Shown here: positions 48,784 to 59,302 of the stretch, one piece after another | Position numbering within the stretch: the first letter of the stretch is position 1 | Layout of the letters: each line of letters starts with the position of its first letter | Origin: an uncultured Candidatus Saccharibacteria bacterium | Lineage (GTDB): Bacteria; Patescibacteriota; Dojkabacteria; CAZCSM01 | Length of the DNA stretch: 64,000 nucleotides | Direction of reading: 5' to 3' | Assembly (NCBI GenBank): GCA_964501355.1 | Contig: CAZCSM010000001.1 | Span: 10,873 to 74,872, forward strand | Notes under the pieces: model-generated | Told to the model about the DNA's origin: nothing | Databases searched by the model: none | Seen by the model: only the letters and a program-made list of their open reading frames with translations | Position numbers and translations under genes: made by a program

Positions 48784-51467
48784 GTAACAGCCTTTTTATC
48801 ATATTTAATTAAATTATCTAGTTTGATGCTTCTGGCTTCTTTACTGCACCCAGTCTGCACCTTCTTGGATTCCTCAAATTTACAACCCTTTTCAATCCAA
48901 TCTCTTCTAAACTTTATCTCTTTCTCAATATCTGATTTTGTCCTACCAAGCTTTTCATAAGTATCTGAAATATATTTGTTTATTAATTCTTCTGAGTGAC
49001 TTGCATCTCGCTCTCTTGGGACATAAATTGAAAAAACATCTTCACCTGCTTTTACATTTGCATGAAATTCAGGAATCTCCATAACTTCCTGTTCAAGCAC
49101 TTTACCTTGCAAGTCTTTAGACACCATCATGCAGTCTTCAAGTCCGCATCTGTAATAAATCTTGTTTTTTACATTACCCATAACAGAATGAAACACATCA
49201 TCAGGAAGTTGCTGAAAAAACTGATGTGCAATTATCAATTCAAGCTTAAACTTTCGTGCTTCAGATAATGCTTGAGAAAAATCAGAACTGGCAAAGTTTT
49301 GAAACTCGTCTGCATATACTGTAAATGGTTTTCTGTAACCTTGAACGATTCTTTTAGCTTCAAACCAGACTTTAGCAATTAACATTGAACCAAGTAAGCT
49401 CATTCCTTCCTCACCAATATTTTTCGAAGACAAATTAACAAGCAGTAGTTTTGAGTTTTTAATGATATCTGCAAAATCAACAGAACTTTGTGATTGACCA
49501 AATGTATAGATTAAAATTCCTGTAAGTATTTGAGAGAGTTTATTGTCAAAACCCTGCCTTATTTCCTGCCAGTTTTTTGATTCGGAATAATTTGGAAGTG
49601 TATCTTCCCAAAACGACCTCAAGCCCTCATATCTATCAAATTCAATGAAGTTTTTAATCTCCTGAGCAAACTCACTATCGAAAATAATGTTTCGAACCTC
49701 TACTAAAGTTGGTGCATGAACTTTCATAAAGTTAATCGCCTCGGTTGTATTCCCTTTCTTTTTTATCCATTCATTTTGAAAAATCATTAATGTTTTCATG
49801 GCGTTTAGAATCATAGGTTTTCCTGTTGTACCCATTCCTGCATCAGGACTTATCCTTCTAATCAATTTTTCAATGAGCTTGTAATTTGAGTCAACAACAA
49901 GGTCAATCTCTCTTTCGCTCATTCCAACAGCATAAAGGGGATTAAAACCAAAAAAATAATCTTCACTTCGTGTATCCCATGCAATTATCTTTTTTGATTC
50001 CTGAAAATTGTTAGGAAGTCTTTGAAGTATTTCCATAAAAAAATCTTCATGAGGATCCATAAGGATTAACCCTCGTTTATTGCCTTTAATCAGGTTATTA
50101 TCGATATCCTGCAATATAAAATTTTTTAGTACTGTAGACTTACCTGTACCAGTCTGACCTGTAATAACTATGTGCCTTTTACGATTTTCTAATGGTAAAT
50201 AGACCTTGTACTGCTTTTCATGAGTATTGTTTATTCCAAGTAGTAGATCGTCTTTACTTAGTCTTGATCTATAATGCTTTTTTGCAGGAATATCTGGTGT
50301 TATAAAGTGATCAATTGAAGGATCATTAATAAGTCTTGGAAGGTGGTAGAGCATTGAAATTTCCCTTGATGATAAAGTACCTTGTGCTGTAAATATTTCT
50401 TTATAAAATGGAAATAGTTTATCTTCAGGGTACAAAAATCTATTGACTACATCATCGAATCGATCAACAGACTTTCTTACTAATCTATTTTGGGTCTCGC
50501 TTTTCATTGATTCTAGAGCCTGTTCTACTGCATCAAGTTTTTCTTTACTTTCGCTTCCTTCAGCAATTACCCTAATGTAACTAGAAAACGATGTTTTATA
50601 TTTTTCATCCATCAAACTGTAAAAGCTTTGTAATTCTTCTTTATCAACAAATATCTTTCTTGGATCACTATCGGGGAGTGCTATAACTGGATCAAGCATA
50701 TTCTGTTTGTTAGAAAAAGACTTTGTTATTTCGGAAAGCAATCTAGTTACTAAGAAGGGCAAAATAGGAATTAAATACAGAAAATACACTTCAAAATGTG
50801 AAAGAAATACATTAAACCAAGTAACTTCTTTCTTAAGCAGTCTGAAATTTTCTTTTGCCATTCTAAGTGCCTCTTTATCAAGCCTTTTAGGGCTTAAAAC
50901 TAACTGAAATAACACTTTGTTATTACTTTCCATTCCTGATAATGCTGTCAAAATATCCTGAACTGGATCCATACTTTCAAAATCTCTTACATCCATTAGG
51001 GTGTAAACATCGTTCTTCAATGATTTGTATTCGTTTATTACTGAATAATTCTTTTTAAAGCAATGTATAGGGTCATTTTCAAATGATTTGATCTGAACCC
51101 TCTCCTTATAGGTGCTGTAAAGATTTAGCTTTACCAAGTCCTGCATTTGTTTTGTAGGAGTCCAAATAAGAAACTGTATTCCAGAGTCATCAGCAAATAT
51201 TTCAAAGGAAATTCTATTTTTCTTAACTGCGGCAGTCAGATTATCAATAAATCTTTGAAGTGAGAATCGCTCTCCCTGTTTAGTGTTTGCATCTACAAGA
51301 GAATACTTTGGAGGAATAATTTGCACTAAAAATCCTTTTCGAACCTTTGCCTTTTGTCTCGTTATTATCAGTAAAATGAAATATCTAATAGCCATAAATA
51401 GGTTGATTACCAACGAAACGATAATAAACATCAATATTCTTTTGTCGTGTAATATGTTCTCAATCAT
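48774..51467 (-). CDS. Type IV coupling protein (VirD4/TraD-like ATPase)
   Basis: N-terminal TM; RHIVITGQTGTGKS, LMDPH, YADEFQNF, LSEARKFKLELIIAHQ. Confidence 0.92.
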   Translation of the reverse strand: MIENILHDKRILMFIIVSLVINLFMAIRYFILLIITRQKAKVRKGFLVQIIPPKYSLVDANTKQGERFSLQRFIDNLTAAVKKNRISFEIFADDSGIQFLIWTPTKQMQDLVKLNLYSTYKERVQIKSFENDPIHCFKKNYSVINEYKSLKNDVYTLMDVRDFESMDPVQDILTALSGMESNNKVLFQLVLSPKRLDKEALRMAKENFRLLKKEVTWFNVFLSHFEVYFLYLIPILPFLVTRLLSEITKSFSNKQNMLDPVIALPDSDPRKIFVDKEELQSFYSLMDEKYKTSFSSYIRVIAEGSESKEKLDAVEQALESMKSETQNRLVRKSVDRFDDVVNRFLYPEDKLFPFYKEIFTAQGTLSSREISMLYHLPRLINDPSIDHFITPDIPAKKHYRSRLSKDDLLLGINNTHEKQYKVYLPLENRKRHIVITGQTGTGKSTVLKNFILQDIDNNLIKGNKRGLILMDPHEDFFMEILQRLPNNFQESKKIIAWDTRSEDYFFGFNPLYAVGMSEREIDLVVDSNYKLIEKLIRRISPDAGMGTTGKPMILNAMKTLMIFQNEWIKKKGNTTEAINFMKVHAPTLVEVRNIIFDSEFAQEIKNFIEFDRYEGLRSFWEDTLPNYSESKNWQEIRQGFDNKLSQILTGILIYTFGQSQSSVDFADIIKNSKLLLVNLSSKNIGEEGMSLLGSMLIAKVWFEAKRIVQGYRKPFTVYADEFQNFASSDFSQALSEARKFKLELIIAHQFFQQLPDDVFHSVMGNVKNKIYYRCGLEDCMMVSKDLQGKVLEQEVMEIPEFHANVKAGEDVFSIYVPRERDASHSEELINKYISDTYEKLGRTKSDIEKEIKFRRDWIEKGCKFEESKKVQTGCSKEARSIKLDNLIKYDKKAVTSA

Positions 51468-52318
51468 AAATGTGTTTTAGATATAAAGTTTTCCTTAAAT
51501 TTACTTATCATTTCCTGATACTTTTCCTGCTTTTGTTTTTCATCATTCTTCTGCATTAGTTTCTTTAAAACAGACACAAACCAACTTGCTGGATTTCTCA
51601 AGAATGAAGTACCATCTACTTGATCGGTACGAATCATTCTTCTAGTGTCATTTAATGCAGATTGAATATCTTCGTCTTTAATTTCACCACGATTTTTAAG
51701 ATTAATAATCTTTTGATAGTATTTAATGCTTTTCTCATCATTTAATTCCTGAGCTATTGCTACTGCTTCTGTATCAAAAGTATTTAAACTCTCGTTGTCG
51801 TTGTCTTGAGGTGAGCTTGGTTCCACCGAGTCACCACGAGGTGTCGAACCTAACGTTAACGGCTTTTTATATTCTTTCTTCTTATATTCAACTTCTTCTA
51901 TTAAGTTCACACTCGGATGTGATTCTTGATTTACATCGGAGTGTGATTCTGGACTTACACTCGAGTGTGCATCCAGAGGTTCGACAGCATACCTTTTAAC
52001 TTTTGAAATTGGGTTGATGTAGTAAATATTTGTTTGGTTTAAGCCTCTTTGCTTCCAACTAATAAGACCGTATTCTTTAAGTTCTTTTAAATGTTTAATT
52101 ATTGTATTTCTATGGACTGACAGGTCATTTGCTAGTCTGTCCTGCCCGGGAAAACAACTCCCTTTTTGCCAAGCATAATCAAGTAAAAGTGCAAATATAA
52201 CCTTTGCCTGCATTGTTAAATGAGGATTTTTCAACACCATTCTTGGAATAGCAGTAAAACCTTGTTTAAGGCTTTTATCCAAAATTTGAATTGTGTCTTT
52301 TTCTTTTACTTGTTTCAT
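51464..52318 (-). CDS. wHTH replication-initiator-like protein
   Basis: GFTAIPR..AKVIFALL..CFPGQDRLANDL..HRNTI..LKELKEYGLI..N.Y; low-complexity linker; NPASWF C-domain. Confidence 0.8.
   Translation of the reverse strand: MKQVKEKDTIQILDKSLKQGFTAIPRMVLKNPHLTMQAKVIFALLLDYAWQKGSCFPGQDRLANDLSVHRNTIIKHLKELKEYGLISWKQRGLNQTNIYYINPISKVKRYAVEPLDAHSSVSPESHSDVNQESHPSVNLIEEVEYKKKEYKKPLTLGSTPRGDSVEPSSPQDNDNESLNTFDTEAVAIAQELNDEKSIKYYQKIINLKNRGEIKDEDIQSALNDTRRMIRTDQVDGTSFLRNPASWFVSVLKKLMQKNDEKQKQEKYQEMISKFKENFISKTHL
51908..51979. repeat. Three imperfect 24-bp tandem repeats (iteron-like)
   Basis: cacactcggatgtgattcttgatt / tacatcggagtgtgattctggact / tacactcgagtgtgcatccagagg. Confidence 0.7.
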
Positions 52319-53364
52319 AAACCACTTGGAAATAAAAATGGAGTAGGATCAATGTTGTTCCATCCTCCTGAACTATTCTTCTCATAAAGTCCTATATGCG
52401 TATGAACACCTGTAGAAAACCCTGTACTACCCATAAAACAAATTGGATCTCCATACTTAACTGTTGACTGGTCTTGGGCTATAAATGCACTACAATGACA
52501 GTACAGCACTCGGTAATAATCGTTTGTAATGTAAGAACACAATGCACCATTTCCATCCTTAAAGTTTTCAACTTTACCTGCAATAATTGTTCTATTTATT
52601 GCATCAGTTGAACCTTTACCCGGATTTTCCTGATACCACTTACCTGATGGCACAAGATCAATTCCCTTATGAACGTGCTTATATCCATCAATAATCCTTA
52701 CCACGTTATATCCTGATGTTACCGTTATTAAATCAGCACGATTTAGCCCAACAGGATTTCCATAGGGTATATACAAAAGACCAACATACATCTGGTACTG
52801 CTCATAGACTTCTTCTTTTTTGGGGTAGCTATAAGCGTAAATTTTTGTTTTTGCATCTCCTTGAGTTTGAGAAAGGATATTTGATAATGTGAAGTAGTTA
52901 TCGCAAAGATCCCCTTCAATTATTTCGTCATTTTCATTACCATCAGTTTTATACTTTTCCCAATCACTTTCTGTTATTTCCAGAAAACCTATTCCATTGC
53001 CTCTATGAGTACCATCAAAGTCTGCAACTACTTTTCCGTATGAAGCAATAAGTTCATATTCCTGATTAAATTTTCTACTCGATTTATCTATACACTCTTT
53101 ATGATCCTCTGGAATTTCATCAAGTATTCCTCTGTAACCCGCAAGTACCTGATAGGCAATAGATTCAAGAGCAAATATCGCAAAAATAAAGATAACTACA
53201 CAGGCAATAATTATTTTGTATTTGTTCTTCCAGATAATATTTACAAGTATTGGGCCAACAACAGGAGCGACTTTGTTTGAAGCAATACCAATAGCATCTC
53301 CTACAAGACTGTCTCCAACTTCAACTGCATTTTTTGTTTTATTTAAGACTTTATTTTCTTCCAC
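52315..53364 (-). CDS. M23 peptidase (conjugative cell-wall hydrolase, VirB1 analogue)
   Basis: TM; HKGIDL, YCHC, GSTGFSTGVHTH, IDPTPFL. Confidence 0.88.
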   Translation of the reverse strand: MEENKVLNKTKNAVEVGDSLVGDAIGIASNKVAPVVGPILVNIIWKNKYKIIIACVVIFIFAIFALESIAYQVLAGYRGILDEIPEDHKECIDKSSRKFNQEYELIASYGKVVADFDGTHRGNGIGFLEITESDWEKYKTDGNENDEIIEGDLCDNYFTLSNILSQTQGDAKTKIYAYSYPKKEEVYEQYQMYVGLLYIPYGNPVGLNRADLITVTSGYNVVRIIDGYKHVHKGIDLVPSGKWYQENPGKGSTDAINRTIIAGKVENFKDGNGALCSYITNDYYRVLYCHCSAFIAQDQSTVKYGDPICFMGSTGFSTGVHTHIGLYEKNSSGGWNNIDPTPFLFPSGL

Positions 53365-54218
53365 TAATGAACAGTTGTTGAAAAATTAGAATTAACAGTA
53401 AGACCGTCTTTTGAGACTCTAATACTTCCTGATACTTGACCTTTATTTCCTACTGGTACTGTAAAGCTGACTGATGAACCACCATTTGAATTTGAAGAAG
53501 GTAGATTGTAATTAGCACTTCCTGACTGCCAATTTACAGTTACAGATCCATTTGCACCGCTTACAGGACTTCCATTTTGATCTTTAACAGAACAATCGAG
53601 AGTTACAGTTTGACCTACAAATGGCTGAGTATTGGTAATTGAACAATAAAGCTTTAGTCCAGTTATCGGCTGTGGTTGAGGTTCTGGATCGGGTTTGGGT
53701 TCTGGTTTAATTTCAGGTTGAACAATTGGTTTAATATTCTCGTCATTTTTAGGTGTTTCGGTTTTTTCTTCCGCTTTTGGTTCTTCCTGTTTTTCTTCTT
53801 CTCTAATTACAGAGATACTTTTTTCCTTGTTATCTCCTTTTAAATTTTCAACTTTTGCAATAATTTCATTTTTACCGACAATCAGATCAATCTTCCTTTC
53901 AAAAAATCCTTCAGGGCTAACATCTACATCCTGTCCGTTTATCCAAGCCTTATTATCAATATTTGTAAGATAAACAATTGTGATAACTGATTCTTTTGTA
54001 GTGTAGCCATCTGTTAAATTTTGAATTTCTAGAGTTATCTCTGAATGTTCATCAATTTCAGTATTATCCGTAACTGTTTCAGGCGTTGCTTCTTTAAAGT
54101 TGAATCCTCCTTTTAGATAAATCTCGACTGATAAAGAAATAGCAAATAAAACAAGAACTATTCCTGTTAAGAAAATGTACCCATGTTTTAAGTTTTTCTC
54201 ATCATTTACTTTTTTCAT
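53364..54218 (-). CDS. Membrane-anchored protein with two Ig-like domains and Pro-rich linker
   Basis: TM; INGQDV..GFF...LIVGKNEI; PEPKPDPEPQP; VKDQNGSPVSGA. Confidence 0.75.
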   Translation of the reverse strand: MKKVNDEKNLKHGYIFLTGIVLVLFAISLSVEIYLKGGFNFKEATPETVTDNTEIDEHSEITLEIQNLTDGYTTKESVITIVYLTNIDNKAWINGQDVDVSPEGFFERKIDLIVGKNEIIAKVENLKGDNKEKSISVIREEEKQEEPKAEEKTETPKNDENIKPIVQPEIKPEPKPDPEPQPQPITGLKLYCSITNTQPFVGQTVTLDCSVKDQNGSPVSGANGSVTVNWQSGSANYNLPSSNSNGGSSVSFTVPVGNKGQVSGSIRVSKDGLTVNSNFSTTVH

Positions 54219-56052
54219 CTTGTCTTGACTTGTCCATTTTTGCTAAATCCTCAGCACTTGAAGAATAAAGCCTTCTTTCATGAGGAGTCGCGTAAATAAA
54301 AATATGACTGTGAGTATTTCCTTTAATAAACAAAGCCTGTCCTTTTGTAAGCCTTGTTATATAGTCTTTTTCGATATCTGATAAATCAAATGCTTTTACT
54401 AAACTCGGTACTGATTGCTTCTTTTGGGCAAGTATCAAAGCAGTATCGGCGTTTTTGGCAATTACACTTCCTTGAGGACTTTTTAGAAAATCATCAACAT
54501 CTTGAGATATACAAATAACTCCCAAGTTATACTTTCTACCTCGCCTTACTAAATCTTCAATAAAATTAGCTGATGATTCTTCTTTCAAAAGCAGATGTGC
54601 TTCATCAATAATAAGAATTTTGCGTTTTCTATTTGATAAAACCTTTTGCCAAATAAAGTTAGAAAGATAATAAATTGAAGCCTGTTTTTCTTGATCAGGA
54701 ACTTTTTGAATATTGAAAACAACCATTGGTGAGTCAAAATTAACATCACTAGTGGAAGGATTGTCATAAAGATCGCCAAGTTCTCCTTTTTTAGAGTATT
54801 CAAGCAGTTCTACAGCAATTCGTTTTCCTTCTTTCCCTTCTTTCTCAAAACTTTTTATTAGATCCGTAATAGTTGGAGCAGGTTTTGAATATGTTTTAAG
54901 ATCATCAAGCAAAATACCTTTCTGGTTATATGTATTATTAACAGCTTTGCTTACAATTCCTCTGTTATATACTCGTTCTGAGAGCCATATTTTAAGAAGT
55001 CCTTTGACTACTCCAAGATGGGTTCTCATTACTTCTTTTGAATCTACTTTGCTTGAAAAGAACTCAAGAGGATTTACTTTTGTTTTACTTTCAGGATTAA
55101 TGTCAATATTTGTTCCACCGACATAATCGCAAAGAGCTTTAAACTCTCCTTCAGGATCAATAACATAAACATTAATACCTCTAAAAAGACTTCTGTAAGC
55201 TTCCAGTTTTGCAGAAAAACTCTTTCCTGCACCTGATGTAGCAAATATGATTCCATTGTAATTTTTTGATTGTTTAGAGAACCTGTCAAAGCGAATTTTT
55301 TCACCTCCAATAGTTATTCCGTAAAATATTCCATCAAGATCATTAAGTGTTGCTGTGGTGAAAGGAAGCGATGAGGAAACATTAGAACTTGTCAGGTAAA
55401 ACTCCTCGTTTACATAATCAACTCCTGATGGCAAAAAAGACTCAATTCCTTCTCTCTGCTTATATGCAAGAGGATAAAGTTTTAACTGTTTTGCATATGC
55501 TAAATCTTTTAATGCTTTATCGCTTTTAGAAAGTTTTGACTGATTCGAAGCAGACAGCTTTATATACATAGTCATGGAATAAATTTTTTCCACTCCACGC
55601 ACAATTGCATCTTCAATAGATTTTGCATCAGTAATTGCCTGCTCAAGATCAACTGTATGAAGTTTTCCTTTTTCAGTTTTATCAAAGTATTGGGCTGATA
55701 GATTAACAATTCTGTTTCGTAGACCTGACAAAGCCTTTTGTGGATCAATTGGTTTAACAAACTGGTTTAGAATTATTGGTTCGCTGTAATTTGTTAGGTC
55801 ATAAAGCCAGTTTGGATAAATAATCTGAGGAAATTCAGAAATAATATAAGTTTCAATAATGCCATCTCCAAGATCAATAAATCTTCCTTTGTTCTGAAAT
55901 TCAAAGACAAGATTATCATCAGGGGAAAGCTTTGCTATCTCCTGCTTTCTTATTCCTTCCTTGATAAATTCACGACCCTTATAATCAATCTCGTGATTAA
56001 AATCTTCTAAAGCCCATTTCGATTGTTTGAAAAAGTATGTAACAAAACTCAT
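54202..56052 (-). CDS. virB4: VirB4-family conjugative ATPase
   Basis: NYNGIIFATSGAGKS, VIDPEGEF, LIIDEAH, RRGRKYN..ISQDVDDF. Confidence 0.93.
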   Translation of the reverse strand: MSFVTYFFKQSKWALEDFNHEIDYKGREFIKEGIRKQEIAKLSPDDNLVFEFQNKGRFIDLGDGIIETYIISEFPQIIYPNWLYDLTNYSEPIILNQFVKPIDPQKALSGLRNRIVNLSAQYFDKTEKGKLHTVDLEQAITDAKSIEDAIVRGVEKIYSMTMYIKLSASNQSKLSKSDKALKDLAYAKQLKLYPLAYKQREGIESFLPSGVDYVNEEFYLTSSNVSSSLPFTTATLNDLDGIFYGITIGGEKIRFDRFSKQSKNYNGIIFATSGAGKSFSAKLEAYRSLFRGINVYVIDPEGEFKALCDYVGGTNIDINPESKTKVNPLEFFSSKVDSKEVMRTHLGVVKGLLKIWLSERVYNRGIVSKAVNNTYNQKGILLDDLKTYSKPAPTITDLIKSFEKEGKEGKRIAVELLEYSKKGELGDLYDNPSTSDVNFDSPMVVFNIQKVPDQEKQASIYYLSNFIWQKVLSNRKRKILIIDEAHLLLKEESSANFIEDLVRRGRKYNLGVICISQDVDDFLKSPQGSVIAKNADTALILAQKKQSVPSLVKAFDLSDIEKDYITRLTKGQALFIKGNTHSHIFIYATPHERRLYSSSAEDLAKMDKSRQDEKSK

Positions 56053-56810
56053 TTATGTTTTTCTAAAATAAGATTAGAAAGGTTTAATATCTCCTGAGTT
56101 GATAATTGAATCAGTTTCACTTTTGTTTGTTCCAAAAGCTTCCCGAATGAATTCTCTTGATCCTCTAGTTTTCTTTTTGCATCATCTAGTCCTTTTGCAT
56201 AAGCAGTGAGTACCATATAGAAGCTTCTTTCCATTGTTTGAGTTAAATCCTGATATTCAAGGAGATACTCTTTGCATCTTTTTTGAAGTATTCCTGATAA
56301 ATTCCTATACCGAATGATTTCAGTTGCAAGGCTTTTATCTTGAGTTGAAAACTTCTGAACAGTAACTATTTGGATTTGATTTTTAAGAGCAAAAAGAGCC
56401 TGTTGAAGATACTTCTTAAATGCAAATATTTCTTCTTCACTACTCATTGAAAGATTTATCGGTTCAATAAGAAATACTTTTGAATATTGGCTATCGGAAA
56501 CAATCACAATTCCTTCTGAAACATCTTTACCAAGAGCAATTCTTTGTTTCTTTTTTGAAAACAAAAACCTGAACATATCCATAATAAATAGATGAAGGGG
56601 TCTCCCATATACATCAAAAAGAAATGGTAAAAGCAAAGTACCGATTACAAGCTCTCCAAGTATTTTTTGATCAACTATTGAAAGATAAGGGGTTGTCCAG
56701 ACGATGAAAGACAGTCCTATACCGATAAACAGCAAAAAGTTCCTTCTGCTTAAAACAATTGAAAGAAGCCCTGTATCCTTATTTAGTTTTGGCGGTACTA
56801 TTTCCTGCAT
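56049..56810 (-). CDS. PrgI/VirB3-like membrane protein with soluble C-terminal domain
   Basis: Two TMs then GRPL; IEPINLSMSSEEE; immediately upstream of virB4. Confidence 0.7.
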   Translation of the reverse strand: MQEIVPPKLNKDTGLLSIVLSRRNFLLFIGIGLSFIVWTTPYLSIVDQKILGELVIGTLLLPFLFDVYGRPLHLFIMDMFRFLFSKKKQRIALGKDVSEGIVIVSDSQYSKVFLIEPINLSMSSEEEIFAFKKYLQQALFALKNQIQIVTVQKFSTQDKSLATEIIRYRNLSGILQKRCKEYLLEYQDLTQTMERSFYMVLTAYAKGLDDAKRKLEDQENSFGKLLEQTKVKLIQLSTQEILNLSNLILEKHK

Positions 56811-58818
56811 TTACTTTGTTTTTTAATTGATAATATTTAGCAATTGGCTTTTGTCCTTTAATTTGATCAACAATTCTTACTGTTTTAATTCCCTGAGCCT
56901 TAAAGTATCCCTCTTGGTTGGCTTTACTTATTACCTTCATCCTATTTGAAGGATTAGAAACAAACTGTTGTATTTTTTGAGGATTACCACCAGAGATAAC
57001 TTCATTCTTTGAATACCACTTTGTTAAATGATTCCAATGTTTACTGTTATCCATATCAAAAGTCCTACCTTGTTGTATTTCAACAGGTTTTGTCTGTACT
57101 ACTTCATTCAAATATTGCTGAGTATTTGGATTGGAAAATGATACTTGCGATAAGTCCATCATTTGATGAATTGTGGCTGGTTGTTCTATAAGAGGATTTG
57201 ATTCAAATACTTGGTTTGCCTGTTTAAAACCATTGGAAAGCATAGTACTATCTTTAACTGACAACTCTTGAACTTGATTAAGATTCGGCTCAACAGAAAA
57301 CAGTGAAGTTTTTCCTGCATTTTTTAGTACTCGTCCATCAAGAGGTTTCATACCAAGAGTTGAGAATGCTTTCTTTGCACTAGCCCCTGAAAGAGCTAAT
57401 GATTTAAAACTTCCACTGGTTTTCAAAACCGAAGAGCTTCCTTTAGCTGTAATTCCTGCGTCCAAAGCCTTTTTAGCAGTTCCACCGATAGGAAGTTTTG
57501 AAACTATTGCTTCTCCTAGTGCCTTTCCTGCCCATGATCTTACGGATGATGATTTTCCTCCTGACATTCCTGATACAATTCCTTCTTTTACCTTTCTAGC
57601 TTGTCCAACTGTAGCAGTAGTAACAATTCCTCCTGCTACAGAACCTCCGATACTCCATAAAATTCCAGAGAACCTATTAATTATTGCGGGGATAATGTTT
57701 AGAAATGCCAATGATCCAAGCCCTAAAATGACTTTTGGAACTGGCTCATTAACACTTGAAATAATCTCTACTGCAATTCCTATTCCAATAATGAAAATCG
57801 GTTGCACAAACAATGTTCTTAATGTTTCTTCCAAGTAAGACCTAAAAAATTGTTCTCCACCTGGAAGAAGTCCTATTACCAAAACGATTGGGAATAAAAT
57901 CATATGCAGAAGCAAGTGAAAAAACCTCATTATGAATTGAAATAGAAGTGTTACAAGCAGAAAGAAAAGCCCTATCCAAAGAATTATTTCTGCGAATATA
58001 TTTAAAGTTCCTTGAATGGTAAATTGTAGCTTTTCATCTACAATTTGGAGTCCTAAAGCCACAAGAAGGGATTCTGAAAGTGTTCCTGAACTTGAACCTG
58101 CAACAAGTCTTTGAAGCATAAATTTATCAAGAGCATTTGTAAGATCAATAAGGTTTGCAAATAAAAATCTCATCGCAACCATACCGATAACAAAAAGAAA
58201 TACTTTCTTTGCAACTTCTTTAAGAAGCATTATTCCTCTGTATGAACCCTCAAGAACTACATATGTTCCTGTTATTACAATAATTAGAGGAAGAAAAAGC
58301 CATGCTACACTTTGTGTTGCGTTATAAAATTTATCAACATGAATTGAAATATTATTTCCTCTTGCATCAACTATCTGTCCATCATTTCGTGCAATATTGG
58401 GTGTATAAGCGACATAATCATCAAATAACTCTAGACCTTGAAGTATTATCTCTGATATGGAATCAACTACAGACTCTTGAAAGCTTGAAAATGGATTAAG
58501 CATATCAATGGGATTTGGTATTGTTTGTCCCTGTCCTTCATCTTCAATATCTTCAATTCCTGTGTTATTAATTTCGTATTCAGGATTTATTTCCTGTTCA
58601 ATTTGCTGTGGGGTAAAATCAACACTTTTAGGTTTGTAAAAAATTGCAAATAGCGCCTGTACAAGTCCGATAAGAAGCATTAAAACAATTCCAATAATAA
58701 AAAGCTTCTGGATAACTTTCATTTTCTCCTTATCAGCCTTCTTAATCTTTACTTTTAAATCTAGAGCTTTTTCATGGAGAGGTTTGTAATATTTTATAAA
58801 GTTAAACATCCTATACAT
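56779..58818 (-). CDS. VirB6/TrbL-like polytopic membrane protein
   Basis: Multiple TMs, Gly/Ala-rich segment after last TM, position in tra operon. Confidence 0.75.
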   Translation of the reverse strand: MYRMFNFIKYYKPLHEKALDLKVKIKKADKEKMKVIQKLFIIGIVLMLLIGLVQALFAIFYKPKSVDFTPQQIEQEINPEYEINNTGIEDIEDEGQGQTIPNPIDMLNPFSSFQESVVDSISEIILQGLELFDDYVAYTPNIARNDGQIVDARGNNISIHVDKFYNATQSVAWLFLPLIIVITGTYVVLEGSYRGIMLLKEVAKKVFLFVIGMVAMRFLFANLIDLTNALDKFMLQRLVAGSSSGTLSESLLVALGLQIVDEKLQFTIQGTLNIFAEIILWIGLFFLLVTLLFQFIMRFFHLLLHMILFPIVLVIGLLPGGEQFFRSYLEETLRTLFVQPIFIIGIGIAVEIISSVNEPVPKVILGLGSLAFLNIIPAIINRFSGILWSIGGSVAGGIVTTATVGQARKVKEGIVSGMSGGKSSSVRSWAGKALGEAIVSKLPIGGTAKKALDAGITAKGSSSVLKTSGSFKSLALSGASAKKAFSTLGMKPLDGRVLKNAGKTSLFSVEPNLNQVQELSVKDSTMLSNGFKQANQVFESNPLIEQPATIHQMMDLSQVSFSNPNTQQYLNEVVQTKPVEIQQGRTFDMDNSKHWNHLTKWYSKNEVISGGNPQKIQQFVSNPSNRMKVISKANQEGYFKAQGIKTVRIVDQIKGQKPIAKYYQLKNKVNAGNSTAKTK

Positions 58819-59149
58819 TTGCTATGAATTTAATAGCTTCTAAAACAAAATCCGGTTTAAATAAGAAAATTGCAGCAATAATCAGAAGGAATATGTCTCT
58901 AACAATGACATTCCGGTTTTGACCTGATTCTGTGTTTTGGACAAATTCAATTCCATCTTTAATGATAAAAAGGATTAAAATTCCTGAACCAACTCTTGTT
59001 GCTACAGTAACAATCCTTTCGATAATTGTAGAAATTTCAGCACTTGGATCAGATTGTGCATATACACTTTGAAGTGCAATTAATGGATAAAGTAATAACG
59101 AGGTTATTACCAGTATTAGTTTCTTTGATTTTTTAATTAGTGTTTTCAT
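58811..59149 (-). CDS. VirB2/TrbC-like pilin
   Basis: 112 aa; signal ending VYA, two hydrophobic helices; upstream of VirB6-like gene. Confidence 0.7.
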   Translation of the reverse strand: MKTLIKKSKKLILVITSLLLYPLIALQSVYAQSDPSAEISTIIERIVTVATRVGSGILILFIIKDGIEFVQNTESGQNRNVIVRDIFLLIIAAIFLFKPDFVLEAIKFIANV

Positions 59150-59173
59150 TTGAGAGTACTAAATTAAATTAAT

Positions 59174-59302
59174 TTATTTTGTGTCCTCATAATTAATGGG
59201 ATGATTTTGTTTTTTGTCTTTTTTCTCGTGATATGTTCCTCGAATAAAAAGGAATGCAACGTAAACGATAAAAATACTTATAAATACGAGCAGAGTTATC
59301 AT
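59174..59302 (-). CDS. Small single-TM protein (42 aa)
   Basis: MITLLVFISIFIVYVAFLFIRGTYHEKKDKKQNHPINYEDTK; ATGA overlap with adhesin stop; below ORF-track cutoff. Confidence 0.55.
   Translation of the reverse strand: MITLLVFISIFIVYVAFLFIRGTYHEKKDKKQNHPINYEDTK

Noticed and set aside
48724-48960. 78-aa plus-strand ORF
   Set aside because: Antisense to the T4CP end and runs through the inverted repeat
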